NCBI GenBank assembly: GCA_976551045.1
Contig: CDPCPM010000053.1
Location: 310,001-374,000, forward strand
Length of the DNA: 64,000 nucleotides
Source of the DNA: Glaucostegus cemiculus
Taxonomy: Eukaryota
Direction of reading: 5' to 3'
This document shows positions 50,125 through 62,205 of this stretch, in pieces. How positions within the stretch are numbered: the first letter of the stretch is position 1; each line of letters starts with the position of its first letter. Below the pieces are notes generated by a model. It searched no databases, had not been told where the DNA came from, and saw nothing but the letters and a program-made list of their open reading frames with translations. Made by a program: the position numbers and the translations under genes.

Positions 50125-53100
50125 TTGATCCTCTGTGGATATGAACCCCAGATCCCTCTGCTACTCCTCACTGCCGAGAATCCTGCCATGACCTTGTACT
50201 CAGCCTTGGAGTTTGTCCTTCCAAAGTGTACCACCTCATCCTTCTCCGGGTTGAAATCCATCTGCCACTTGTCAGCACTGCTCTGCATCCTATCAATATT
50301 TCTCTGTAAGTTTCAACAGCCCTCCGCACTATCCACAACACCAACGATATTTCTGTCATCTGCAAGCTTGCTAACCCAGTCATCCACCCACTCACCTAAG
50401 TCATTAATAACAAATCGTAGAGGTCCCAGAACCGATCCCTGTGCGACAGCACGAGTCACAACCCTCCAATCCGAATGCACGTCGTCCACCACAAACAACT
50501 GATTTCTACAGGCAAGCCAATTCTGAATCCACACGGCCAAGCCTCCCTGGATCACTAAGCCTATGACTTTCTGAAGAAGCCTACCACGTGGAACTTTGTC
50601 AAAAGACTTAGTGAAATTCATGTAGACCTCATCTACTGCACTACCCTCATCAATATTCATGGTCACCTCCTCAAAGAACCCTATCAGGTTTGTAAGGCCT
50701 GATCTTCCCTTCACAAAGCCATGCTGGCTGTCCCTAATCAATCCATGATTCTCTAAATGCTATAGATCCTATCTCTTAGAATACTTCCGAACAGCTTACT
50801 TACCATAAACGTAAGGCTCACTGGTCTGTAATTCCCTGAACTATACGTACGACTTTTTTGAATAAGGGGACAATATTCGCCAGCCTTCAATCCTCCGCTA
50901 CCATCCCCGTGGACAACGGGGACTCCAAGATCCTAGCCAACGGTTCAGAAGGTTCTTTCCCCGCCTCACGATGTAGCCTGTGGCATATTCCGTTAGGCCT
51001 CGGGGGCTCAGCTGTCCTTATATTTCCCAACAACTCCAACACATCCACTCTCTTGATATCCATATACGCCTGAATATTATACTTACCATCACTGTCCTCA
51101 GCGTTATCAAGACCTCTCTCCTTGGTGTGTATGAAGAGAGGTGTTCATTGGGAACCTTACCCACATCCATAGCTTCCAGGCACATATTCCCACCTTTGTC
51201 TTGATTGGATCTACTTTTACTCTAGCAATACTTCTGCTCTTCATGCACGAGAAAAAAAGCCTTGGGATTCTCCTTAACTCTACTTACCAAAACCTTTTTA
51301 TGTGCCCTTCTTGCTCTCCTCAGCCCCTTTTTAAGTAACTTCTTTGCAACTCCATATTGCTCACGAGCCCTATCCGATGCTTCCTGCTTGCACCTTATCT
51401 ATGCTGCCAGCTTCTTCCTAACATGTTGTTCCACCTCTCTTTTACCCATAGTTCAGACATCCTGCCATTTCTTCTCTTCTTTACCGGGACAAATTTATGC
51501 CGACCATCCTGCAAGAGATCCCTGAGCATCGACCAAATCTCCACAATACATTTCCCTTCTAAAATGTCATCTTAATTTCTCGCCGAACAATCTCATAATT
51601 TGCCTTTCCCTATTTAAATATTATCCCGTCCTCCTTGCCCCTATCCCTGTCCATGACAATGCTAAAGGGTATTGAGCAGTGGCCACTGTCCCCCAAATGT
51701 TCACCCACCGACAGATCTGTCACCTGAACCGATTCATTGCCTAAAACTAGATCTAATATGGCTCCACTCTCGTCGTCCTTTCAACACACTGTGACAGGAA
51801 CCCGTCCTGGACACACTTAACAAACTCAACCCCGTCTAAACCTATGGCACTAAGCAGGTGCCAATCAATATTTTCGAAGTTGCTGTCTCTCACGAACGTA
51901 ACCCTCTTATTTTTGAATCTTTCAAACATCTGCCTCCCAATCTGCTCCTCAGTTTGCCTACTGCGACAGGGGGTGGGGGAGGGGCTAGCGAATACTCCCA
52001 ATAGAGTAACCGCTCCTTTACTGTCCCTAACTTACATCTATATTGACATCTATATAGAGAGGATCCTTGTATATTATTCTCCTTTTCTGCATCTGTAATG
52101 CTGTCCCTGAGCAATATCGCCACACATCCTCCTCTTCTCCCCCTTCCTTCTTCCTTTAAAAACAATGAAAACAAGGAATGTTCAATATCCATTCCTGCCC
52201 CTTGTGTCAGCCGTGTCTCTTTAACAGCCACAATATCGTAGTCCCATGTACATATCCAAGCTCTCAGTTGCGCTCTCTTATTCCCGGTGCTTCTTGCATT
52301 TAAGTAACTGCACTTTTCCCATACACCTTTCCACTTTCATAGCATGTACTCTGCTTTTGTACTTTCCCCCATCCCCTTCTTCCTCTGACCTACTCCTCCG
52401 GTTCACATCCCCCTCGCAAAGTAGTTTAAACCCTCCCGACCCATCCTTGTAAACATACCTGCAAGATTATTGGCCGGCCTCAGGTTCTGGTGTAACCAGA
52501 TCTCGCTGTACAGGTCCCACCTTCCTCATAACAGATCCCAATGATCCAGAAATCCAAAACCCTCCCCTACACCCACTTCTAATCCACACATTTATTTGCC
52601 ATCTCCTCATATTCCTACCTTCACTATGGCGTGGCACCGGCAGCAATCCCAAGATCGCTACCCTTGACGTCTTGTTCTTCAGCCTTCTGCCTAGCTCCCT
52701 CGACTCTCTTCAGGACCTCATCCGTCTTCCTGCCTATGACGTTGGTACCGACATGAACCACGACTTCTGGCTGTTCTCCTTCTCGCTCAAGAATCCCCTG
52801 ACATCGATCAGTGACATACCTGACACTGGCACCTGGGAGGCAACATACAATCCGGGATTCATGCTCTCTGCCACAGAACCTATCTGTTTCCCTGACTATC
52901 GTATCCCCTATCACTCCTCCCTTCCTCTTCTCCTCCCTTCCCTTGTGAGCATCAGGACAGGCCCCAGTGCCAGAGACCTGGCTACTGCTGCTTGATCCCT
53001 GCAAGTCAATCCCCTCAACAGCCTCCAAAGCGGAAAACTTGTCACTGAGGGAAACAACCTCCGGGGTCCTCTGCACTATCTGCCTATTCGTTTTCATTTT

Positions 53101-53640
53101 CCTTTTTTTCTCTCCCGTCAGTCACCCCTCTATCTACTTCCTGGACCCGACAAGTACCTGCTCTAAGGGGGGTGACTGTCACATGATGTACAACATCTAC
53201 ATAATTCTCTCCATCCCTGATGTTCTGCAGTTTTTGAAACTGCAACTCCAACTCATCGATTGTGAGCCGAAGTTCCACCAGCCTCAAGCACTTACTGCAG
53301 ACGTGGCCTTTGTGGACCGCAGCAGGGTCCAAGACCTCCCACATCAACAGCTGCAGCACACCACCATGTCCTCCATCTGAACTAGTTCTCCTTTTACCGC
53401 CTACCTAGTGTTTCCCTACTTAAAAATTTACCCCAGCTAACAGGTAAACCTTACCTTTACCTACCTACCAGCTACGCACCTGCATCATCCATTTTATCTG
53501 AAGCCATTGGAGCCAAAGCCCAAACCCTCTGCTCCCTCTCACTCAGCTGCCTGCTCCGACACTGCCCGCTGGATACAGCGGTTTGCTTTTTAAACTAGCC
53601 GTGCTTTACCTCCTGACATCACGCGCCTACGCAGTCTTGC
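50125..53640 (-). mobile_element. Long CR1 LINE (5' UTR, ORF1 zinc-finger/esterase, ORF2 APE-RT), decayed and lacking its 3' end
   Basis: ORF1 HVCSKCLRL, IGDTIVR...CLPGA...VVVHVGTN. ORF2 SQHGFVKGRS.LTNLI.FFEEVT, AQGSVLGP, KLADD. Confidence 0.93.
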
Positions 53641-53844
53641 CCCCACTATTCACGATGAGAACTTATATAAAAACTCATAAGAAACTTATGAAACAACACC
53701 TTATAATGAAAACCTTATTAAATAAAAATGGAAAGCTTATCTGTTCCGAAATCCCGACGCCTTCTGAAGCGAGTCCCACGAAACCTATATCTAATTATTC
53801 CTGTATCAATCTATTCCCCTCTGTCCATTCTGCTCGTTACCATT

Positions 53845-54205
53845 CAATCATAGAAAAATACAGCACAATACAGGCCATTCGGCCCACCATGTTGTGCCGC
53901 CCTTCAAACCACACCTGTCTGCCTAACTACTTTCTCCCACATATCCCTCCCAACGTAAATTCTTCCATGTGCTTATCGAACGATCTCTTGAACTTGACCA
54001 ACATATCTGCCTCCACTGCCATCTCAGGCAGCGCATCCCATGCGCCAACCACTCTCTGGATTGAAAACCTCCCTGTGACATCTCCCTTGAACTTCCCACC
54101 CATTACTTTAAAGCCATACCCTCTTGTATTGAGCATTGGTGTCCTGGGAAAGAGGCGCTGGCTGTCCACTCTATCTGTTCATCTTAACATCTTGTATAGC
54201 TCTAT
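53845..54205 (-). mobile_element. CR1 LINE extreme 3' fragment
   Basis: LFPR...NTRGYGFKV.G.KFKGD...RVVGAWDALP. Confidence 0.85.
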
Positions 54206-54879
54206 CATTCCAATTTCAGATTTACCTATTTTCTTGAACTTCACATTCTACTACTGCCATTTTTAGACTTATCAGTACACCTCAGTTTCAATGGTCGAGA
54301 TTTCTTATTGCTTTTCAGTAATTTCATAAATCACTATTTTCACACTGATTCAATTGTCTGGAGAATATGGAATTATTTCGAACACAGTGTTCCCCTTGTC
54401 AGAGTTTGAAATGTATAACTTTCTCGCCCAACCGATCAAACACTCAAAATCCAGGAAAAGATACATTTCGCTACACACGCCTGCAACGTGCTCAGTGCCA
54501 TGTAGAAGGGAGAATTATTTTCCAAATTGGAAAGCTGAATTGATTCCACAGAGTATTCAGCTTCTGACAAGTCATGTTTTTTTTTATCATTCATTCTCAA
54601 CTGCATGCTACCAACAAATCGAGAAAGAACATATCTCCACACGGCATTCAGCTTGAGTAACTGTTTTCTGTTCCCTTTTCCCCCTCTTTGCCGAATTTAT
54701 CGTGAGCCTAATTTATTCATTTTAACTTCTGTAAATTTATTTTACGTTTGAGGTCTTTTGGGGCTGCATCAACTCAGAACAAGAGATTGCAGTTTTAAAG
54801 GAAGAAAAGCTGTCTGAGTGGTTGGCCTGACGTTATCCCAAATGTGGAAATGTTCAGAACTCAACTATATTAAAAAGTC

Positions 54880-55915
54880 TATTTTGTAATGTAAACGTGG
54901 ATGGGCAGATTAGTAAGTTGCAGATGACAACTTACAATCTACAAAAACTGGTGGTGTTGTGGATAATATCGACAACTAGCAAATGAGACAATGGGCTATA
55001 GATCCGTTTACAGGTCTGGGCAGAGAAATGACAGATAGAGTTTAATCTCGGAAAGTGTCAGGTGCTGAACTTTGAGATATCAAATGTAAAGGGGGAGTAC
55101 ACAGTTAACTTCAGGACCACGAACTGCGTTGTTGTACAGTGGGATTGTGCTGTCCAAGTATATAGGTTTATGATTCTGAGTACTGGCCCTTGATTTGGCT
55201 CCTTGGATGATTTGTTGTACAACACATAGATTCCATGTTGGACTGATTGCATAATGACACACACCTGAGCCCCATCAGGGGCCTAGCATAAGTACCTGGG
55301 TTTCTCTAGCACTAGATGCCAGTGTATTAGTCAACCTTGAAGACTCAGTTTGGATCCTAGTGGCTTAGAGTGGACTACTCCAGGGCAGTCCTGTATTCTC
55401 TGTTCCAGCTTGAAGATTCAGTTCGTGTTGGGATTACTACTCAGATCACTGAGGAAAGATGTACTTCCAGTGTTGCCTGTGTCCGGTCCTGAGGAAGTGT
55501 CCTGACTCCAGTCTTGTACCAGTGTGCCGCATTAGGGTTCTCTGTGGTCTTGTTCTTCGATCAACATTGTGACATGTAGCTCCTTGAAAGTAGCAGCACA
55601 AGTCGACAGGATGTTAAAGAAGGCGTATGGTATTCGCATCTTTATTTATCAAAGCATTTGGTTCAAGAGTCGAGAACTTATAATGTACTTTTATAGAATT
55701 CCGATGAGGCCGCATCTAAAGTATTGTATTCAATTCTTATCGCCACATTACAGGAAGGATGTGCAGACTTGGAGAGGATTCAAATGAGTTGCCAGGTTTC
55801 TGTTTCCATTGGACAGTGTGTACTATAAGGTGAACCAGGACACACTAGAGTTGTTTTCTCTGGAGCAGCGCGGGCTAAATGGAGACCTGACAGAAGTTTT
55901 AAAAAATCTGAGATA
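54880..55915 (+). mobile_element. CR1 LINE RT fragment, interrupted by a solo LTR
   Basis: ISK.ADD, SLKVAAQVDRMLKKAYG, RPHLKYCIQF.SP. Confidence 0.8.
55166..55574. mobile_element. Short solo-LTR-like insertion, copy 1
   Basis: Homologous to 56485-56819. Ends TGACA, with flanks TATAG/TGTAG. Confidence 0.7.
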
Positions 55916-56129
55916 TTACCACAAATATCCAAACCAGTTCTTTCCAACTCCCATCTGCCTAGCTGACCTTGGTCTTATCTACAAGCAACTTCTCATTTGT
56001 CTCATCTCACTTCCAGCAATTCAAAGGTTTATCCTTGCGTACACGCATGAGCCCAAGCTTTTTCTGACTTTTCGTTTTCTACATTGAATAGTCCCTGTTC
56101 CAAATCTTCAAGATTAAATCTCCCAAACT

Positions 56130-57620
56130 CTCTCTCTGTTCCATTGTTGTCTGCATTGGCGCTGCATCCTGCACCCATGCCGAACACATACATTTTATCA
56201 CCTCCGCCATTGATTTCCACCCAGCTCTCAAATTCACGCAGGCAACTCTAACACTAATCTCCCTTTTCTACATCTCTCCGTTTTGATCACAGGCGGAAAA
56301 ACTATCCACAGATATTTATTATAAAACACTGACTCCCACAGCTACTTAGACTACACCTCTAACAACCCTATATCTCGTGAGGATGCCGTCCCCTTCTCCC
56401 ACATTCTCCACCCACGCTGCATCTGCTCTCAACAGAAGGCTCTCTATTCCAGGCCACAGGGAATGTCCTCGCTTTTCAGGAAGCTGTCATGATTCTCAGT
56501 ACTGGCCCTTGATTAGGTTCCTTAGATGTCTCGTTGTACAGCACATGGTTTCCATGCTGGACTGATTGCATAATGACACACACCTGAGCCCCATCAGGGA
56601 CCTAACATATGTACCTGGGTTTCTCTAGCATTAGTTGCCAGAGGATAGGTCAGCCGTGAAGATTCAGTTTGTGTTGGGATTACTACTCAGATCTCCGAGG
56701 CAAGATTCATTCCAGTGTTGCCTCTGTCCGGTGCTAAGGAAGTATCCTGACTCCAGGCTTGTACCAGTGTGCTGCATTTCGGTTCTCTGTGTGCTTGCTC
56801 TTCAATCAGCATTGTGATAGAAGCGTGGTTTCCCTTCTGCCGTGTTTGATGGAGTTCGCTCTCGCATCTCCTCTGCTGTCGTACTTCTGCTCTCATCTAT
56901 TCTCCCTCAAGACAAAACAGAGATAGAGTACCTTTTGTCCTCACCTTTCATCATCTGAACCTGCGTATCGACCGTTTCATTCTTCGTCATTCCCGTCAGT
57001 AAAATGAGATCCCACCATTAGCCCATCATTTCTCTATTGTTTCCACCTTCCGCAGAGACGAATTCCACCGTGTTTTCTGGTCCGAAGATGCGTCCCCACG
57101 CACCCGTCCCTGACCCCTGGCACTTTTCCCTGATATGGCAGCATGTGAGACATTTTTTCTTACATTTCGTCCCTCAGCAGCAGTCAGGGACCGAAACCGA
57201 CCTTCCTTCAAGCTGAGACGAAGCTTCACGTTCAGATCCTCCAACCACGCTGACTCCATTTCGTGCTCACAATTTGGCCTCCTCTCCGTGAGACCAAAGG
57301 CAGACCGCGACCATTTTGCAGAGCACCTGCGCTCGGTCCGCAATGGGCATGCTGAGCTGTGTATCAGACGGGCTGACGTCTACCTTGCAGAGGCCTAAGG
57401 ACGGGTCTCGGATCCTACCCATCTCGAACACCCAGTTGCGTGCCATTTCAATGCCACTCTCATCCCCACACTAACCTGTCCATCTTTGACCTTCTACATT
57501 GGCAAGAAGAGGGCTAATGCATGCTATGGGATCAACAGCTGAGCTGCATACAACCAAATGACATGAAAATTAAGTTTTCCTTTTTTTAGTAACCCACTCC
57601 CTCCAGTTGGTTCTTTCCCC
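56130..57620 (+). mobile_element. Penelope-like element (RT thumb and GIY-YIG remnants)
   Basis: FHPALKFT, LSTDIYYKNTDSHSYLDY, DHFAEHLRSVR. Interrupted by a solo LTR. Confidence 0.85.
56485..56819. mobile_element. Short solo-LTR-like insertion, copy 2
   Basis: TGTCA...TGATA termini with a perfect 5-bp target duplication GAAGC (56480-56484 and 56820-56824). Confidence 0.8.
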
Positions 57621-59101
57621 CATATCTACCATTCCTTCCTCTCTTCTGAGGGAATGGTACCGCTCTGGCAGATTGTCCTGACCATTGGATGTAATTCCCA
57701 TTAATACCCAAACATATTTTGGTTGTTTTTCATTACCTATTACACCGAGGAATAATGAACTTTCCAATCAACTTGGTGATTATAACTGGAGCGGGAAATA
57801 TGCAAGCAATCCAGACTCCATTCATGTCCACTGACTATCTCGCGTTCCTGTGTCCACGTATTCTGGACACCAACCGCAGTTGCACGTCCAGCTTCCGGCC
57901 TGAAGTCCAGTTCATATTCCGGATAGGTGTTTGGGCCAGATGCAGTAGTATCAGGACACACGAAAACCCAGCTTCAAGCTGAGAACCTAATGCTGATATC
58001 CAGGACGAGTGTTGATGGGTAGAGCATGTGCGTCGACAAAGTGTGCTGAAAGGCCAGTTTCTGTACTGTACCACTCTAATACTCGTTAACTCCAAGAACG
58101 AGAGTGTCATTGTTTCGTGACTACGGTGTTTACAAATGGTGCAGCGCAAGGACCACGATATGAGCGTGATGCATTTATAATTGATACTCGTGACGTTGCA
58201 AGAAAATCGATGGTAATATGCCTTGAAAACCTTGCCACACAAAGCTTGATGAAACAAATTATATTGAATAACGTTAGGAGTCTGCAAAACCCATTCTCTA
58301 TTGCCATGAACGAATGAAGTGTAAGATATGAACCTTTGAAATGTGTTTCTCAGTGAGCAAATTTAAACATTGTTTTGTTTTCCAAAATGTGAGACATTGA
58401 TATTTGTTATTATTCAGGCCGAGTTTTGGGCAGTTGTGACCATCACGTGGAATATCTGCACACAGTTAACTTATGAAATGTTATGTTCTATTCAACTGAA
58501 GCACTATGTGTAATGAAGAAGGGAAAACATCGAGTTGTGAATTTACAACTAGAGTACGTTTTACAGTTGTGATCAATTAACTTGAGAAGAAAGACAGATA
58601 TGATTCAGAACGGGTAAAATGAATGTTCCCTCGCTTGATTGCAGAAGGAAAATATTGGTATCTCATAGAAAAATTATAACCCAATCAGAATAATATCAAT
58701 ACAGAGCAAAGAGATGGAACAAATGGAGGCAGTAGTATCCAGCGGTATCTACTCAACAAGACCAATCACTTTTCTCCAGGGCCATTGTTTGCAAATACCA
58801 GCACCAGTTTCATCAGCATGGGTCAAATACATGAATTCTAGAGTTGGTCACGAAGGAGACCTGAAAAGAAACGACGATGTTGAGTATCAGGACAGAAGTA
58901 TTCCTATATCTCGAACACAGAAACATATCTGTGATCACCAACATTCAATTCTCCAATACCAGCTCATCAAAGAAGCGATCCTTATTTTTTTCAATTGTTA
59001 TTATTCTGTCATTATCATTTCTGATTGATAATAATAATAGGATTGTTCTGTCGTTCCCACTACAGAATAATCCTCAGTTGTTCCATAAACTGCCTTCCTT
59101 C

Positions 59102-62100
59102 TGTTATGAGGCAGGTTACCACTTGATGACTGAACAGGCCCCTGAACAGTTGTTTCGCAGTGTGTGTGCTGTTACCTGACGACTGCAAGACTGTATCTGG
59201 AGCGTACTGGCTGTTGCCTAGACAGATAGAGAGACGCTGTGGGGGATGCAGAAAGAGAGAGACGGACCCGCACTCTGTATCGATGGATGAAGAACAATAG
59301 ATGTGACTGCCACTATACAATCCATGTATGTATTTTTAGAGCAATCTGTGGTATCCACTTTTTCGTTAACTTGTACTGGAAAGCAGGAATATCTGTGGGC
59401 GGCCACAAATCGAGTGTCCTTGGTGTGGCAGATACTTCAGAATAAATCAATGGAGATCATCGGTGATTGATGTGTCGTATTGGTTCCATCGTGGGACATC
59501 TGGATTTTGTAAATTTTCTCTACACTCTCTCTATATTCTCTCCACAACAAACTGTGGTTTTACAAAAGCCTTTGCTCGTCGTCCCAATTTTTGATTTGCT
59601 TCACTGAGCTTGGAGAACTATTCCTAAAGCTAGGGTTTGGGAAATTACCACATACACACTTCGAGTTATGTTTTTTTTTGGGGGGGGGGGTGTCACTGTT
59701 TAATAGCTAACGTTTATATTCCTCCTATTATTGCATGTAGTTATTAAAAATAGATTCTAACATTTCTACAAGGCTCGTTGTGTTTCTGTTGTTGCCGATA
59801 CGTAACAAATTGGGGCCACGTCCGGGATATGAACCCGGGATCACACGCACCCAAAGCGAGAGTCATACCCCTAGGCCTGTGTCTCCTTTACAGTTAGGGA
59901 TGAATTCTGTTCTTTTGTGTCAGTGTGTTTTGTTTCACTGACAGTTGGGTCAGCCCAAGTGCCGGTGAAAATCCTTAGAGATAGTGGGGCTTCGCAGTCC
60001 ATCTTGTTAGAGTGTGTTTAAAATTTTGGTGAGGGGACTGCTACTGGTGAAGTAAATCGACTCTGAGGCATTACAAGTGATACTCTGTCTGTACCTCTGC
60101 ACAAGGTAATTTCGAAGCCGGAGTTCGTAGAAGGACCTGTTAAGGTATGACTACGACCTAATCTATCGGTGGAAGAAGTTTCTTTGTGATAAGGGAATGA
60201 ATTTGCGGGTAGTAAAATTATCTCTCTGTTACAGCTGACGACAAAACCAATTATTGATGAGTCAAATATCGATTCAGATATTTATCCATCCTGTTCAGTG
60301 ACTCGAACCAGGGCGAATGAATTGGCCAAGGCAGATAGTCACGTGCAGCCTGACTTTGTTCCCTGTGACAGCCCAAAACAAGATGCAAGATATGATGACT
60401 TCTCATAGACTTTTCAATCTTCACTTGAGGATCAAATTCATTGTGTTGAATCCGAGTACAAAGACTTGGTTCTATGCATAAAATAATTTATAATAGAACA
60501 GGCTAAAGACCCTGAGCTTACTGAATTGAGAGAAAACACACTCTCAATTGATGAGATTGAGAAGGTGCCAGTTGGATATTACTTTAAATATGGAGTGTTA
60601 ATGAGGAAGTGAATATCTCCTGATATTCCGGCTATTAAAGAATAGACAGTTGTTCACCAAGTTGTAGTCCCCCAAATATATAGGAATGAAAATTTAAGCC
60701 TGGCCATTGTTATGCCCTTAGATGGTCATGGTGGTGTGAATAAGAAATGTTTTGAAACAATTCTTTTGGGCCGCTGTGAGAAAGGATGTTGTGATGTTTT
60801 GTAGGACTTGTCAGACATGTCAGATGGTAGGTAAACCGGATCAGAATCCCCGTGCGGCTCCTTTGCAGCCTATTACTGTATTTGGTGAACCCTTTGTAAA
60901 TGTGTTTATGGGCTGTGTTGGCCCATTGTCAAAGTCTTAAGGCTGGGAATCTGTATTTGTTAACTATCATGTGTGCAACTTCTGGATTTCCAGAGGCAAT
61001 ACTGCGCAGAAATATTAAGGCCAAGAATGTGTCACAGTCTCTTTTAAAATTTTTCACTTTAGTTGGTTTGCGTAATGAAATTCAGTCAGATCAGGGAAGT
61101 AATGTTATATCAAAGCTATTTCAACAGTTAGTTTACGAGCTTGGAATTAAGCAGATTGTATCGTCTGCGTATTACTCAGGATCTCAGGGGGCTTCGGAAA
61201 GATTTCATTGCACTCTCGAAAGTATACTGAAGACTTACTTCTTTAAAAAAGCAAAAGGATTGGGATGAAGGAATTCATTTGCTTTTCCTTGCAGTAAGGG
61301 TATCAGTGCAAGCAACTCAGGGTTCAGTCCCTTTGAACTTGTATTTGGACATTAGCTTAGAGGATCTTTAGTATTACTAAAGGAACATTGGGTTAATGAA
61401 GATACATTTCAATTTGTTGGATTATATTCTGAAATATACAAACCGATTGCAAAAGGGTTGCCAATTAGCAAAGGAGAATTCAAAAGCTACCCAGAGTAAA
61501 ATTAAATCATGGTATGATAAACAAGCCCGCTCAAGGACTTTCAAAACAGGGGACAAGGTCTGCGTGTTTTCCTCATTCATACAAATCCCCTTAAATCTAG
61601 ATCCCATGGTCCTTACGAAGTTGTGTCTAAGGGTAATGAAGTAGAGTGTGTAATCAAAACACCTGTTAGAAGAAAGCATAGACAGCTCTGTCATGTAAAC
61701 ATGCTTAAAAAGTATTATGAAAAAGCTGCATCTGTGGCAGTAGCTATTGACTCTAAATTGTCTGAAGTTGCGTCTGTCGGAGGTCATGTCAGAAAGAAAA
61801 TACTATAAGCGAGACAGCCGAAGGAGAATGTATTGAAAAAAACATTGAAACAAAGTTGGCACATTTACAACATCAGAAAAAATCAACAAATATAGGAGTT
61901 AATTTTAAAATTTCGAAATTCATTCCCTAATGATCCAAAGAGAATTCCAATAGTTTATCATGATGTTGATGTTGGAGATGCAGAACCGGTAGGGCAACGA
62001 CCATATCGAATGAATGGAGAAACGAGTAAACTTGTTGACCAGGAGATTGAGCATATGTTAGAGAATGATATTGTTAGACTATCCACTCAAATTGGAGTTC

Positions 62101-62205
62101 ACCCTGTGTGAAAGTGTTAGGTTTTGTACTGATTATAGAGAAGTGAATTCTATAACGAAGTCAGATGCTTAACCTATCCCGAGGGTGGATGATTGTATAG
62201 ACAGA
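59102..62205 (+). mobile_element. Gmr1-type Ty3/Gypsy LTR element (LTR to 59807; gag missing; PR-IN-RT order), cut by a CR1
   Basis: LTR ends GTAACA (start uncertain, 59102 or 59170). Protease VKILRDSGASQS at ~59965. Integrase FFW...KDV..FCRTCQTCQ and IQSDQGSN at 60750-61260 precedes RT HDVDVGDAEP..QRPYR, FCTDYR at 61960-62200. Confidence 0.88.
59811..59877 (-). pseudogene. Reverse-transcribed copy of mature tRNA-Pro(UGG) (about positions 9-76 including CCA) at the LTR primer-binding site
   Basis: Minus strand GGCCTAGGGGTATGACTCTCGCTTTGGGTGCGTGTGATCCCGGGTTCATATCCCGGACGTGGCCCCA aligns ungapped at 59/67 to the vertebrate tRNA-Pro(TGG) as I recall it. Lacks the first 8 nt, so it is not a functional tRNA gene. 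Confidence 0.85.

Noticed and set aside
53583-54266. 227-aa ORF
   Set aside because: Non-ATG start, mostly antisense to CR1 sequence.
59811-59877. Functional tRNA-Pro gene
   Set aside because: Lacks the 5' acceptor strand, has an encoded CCA and stem mismatches, and sits at an LTR primer site.
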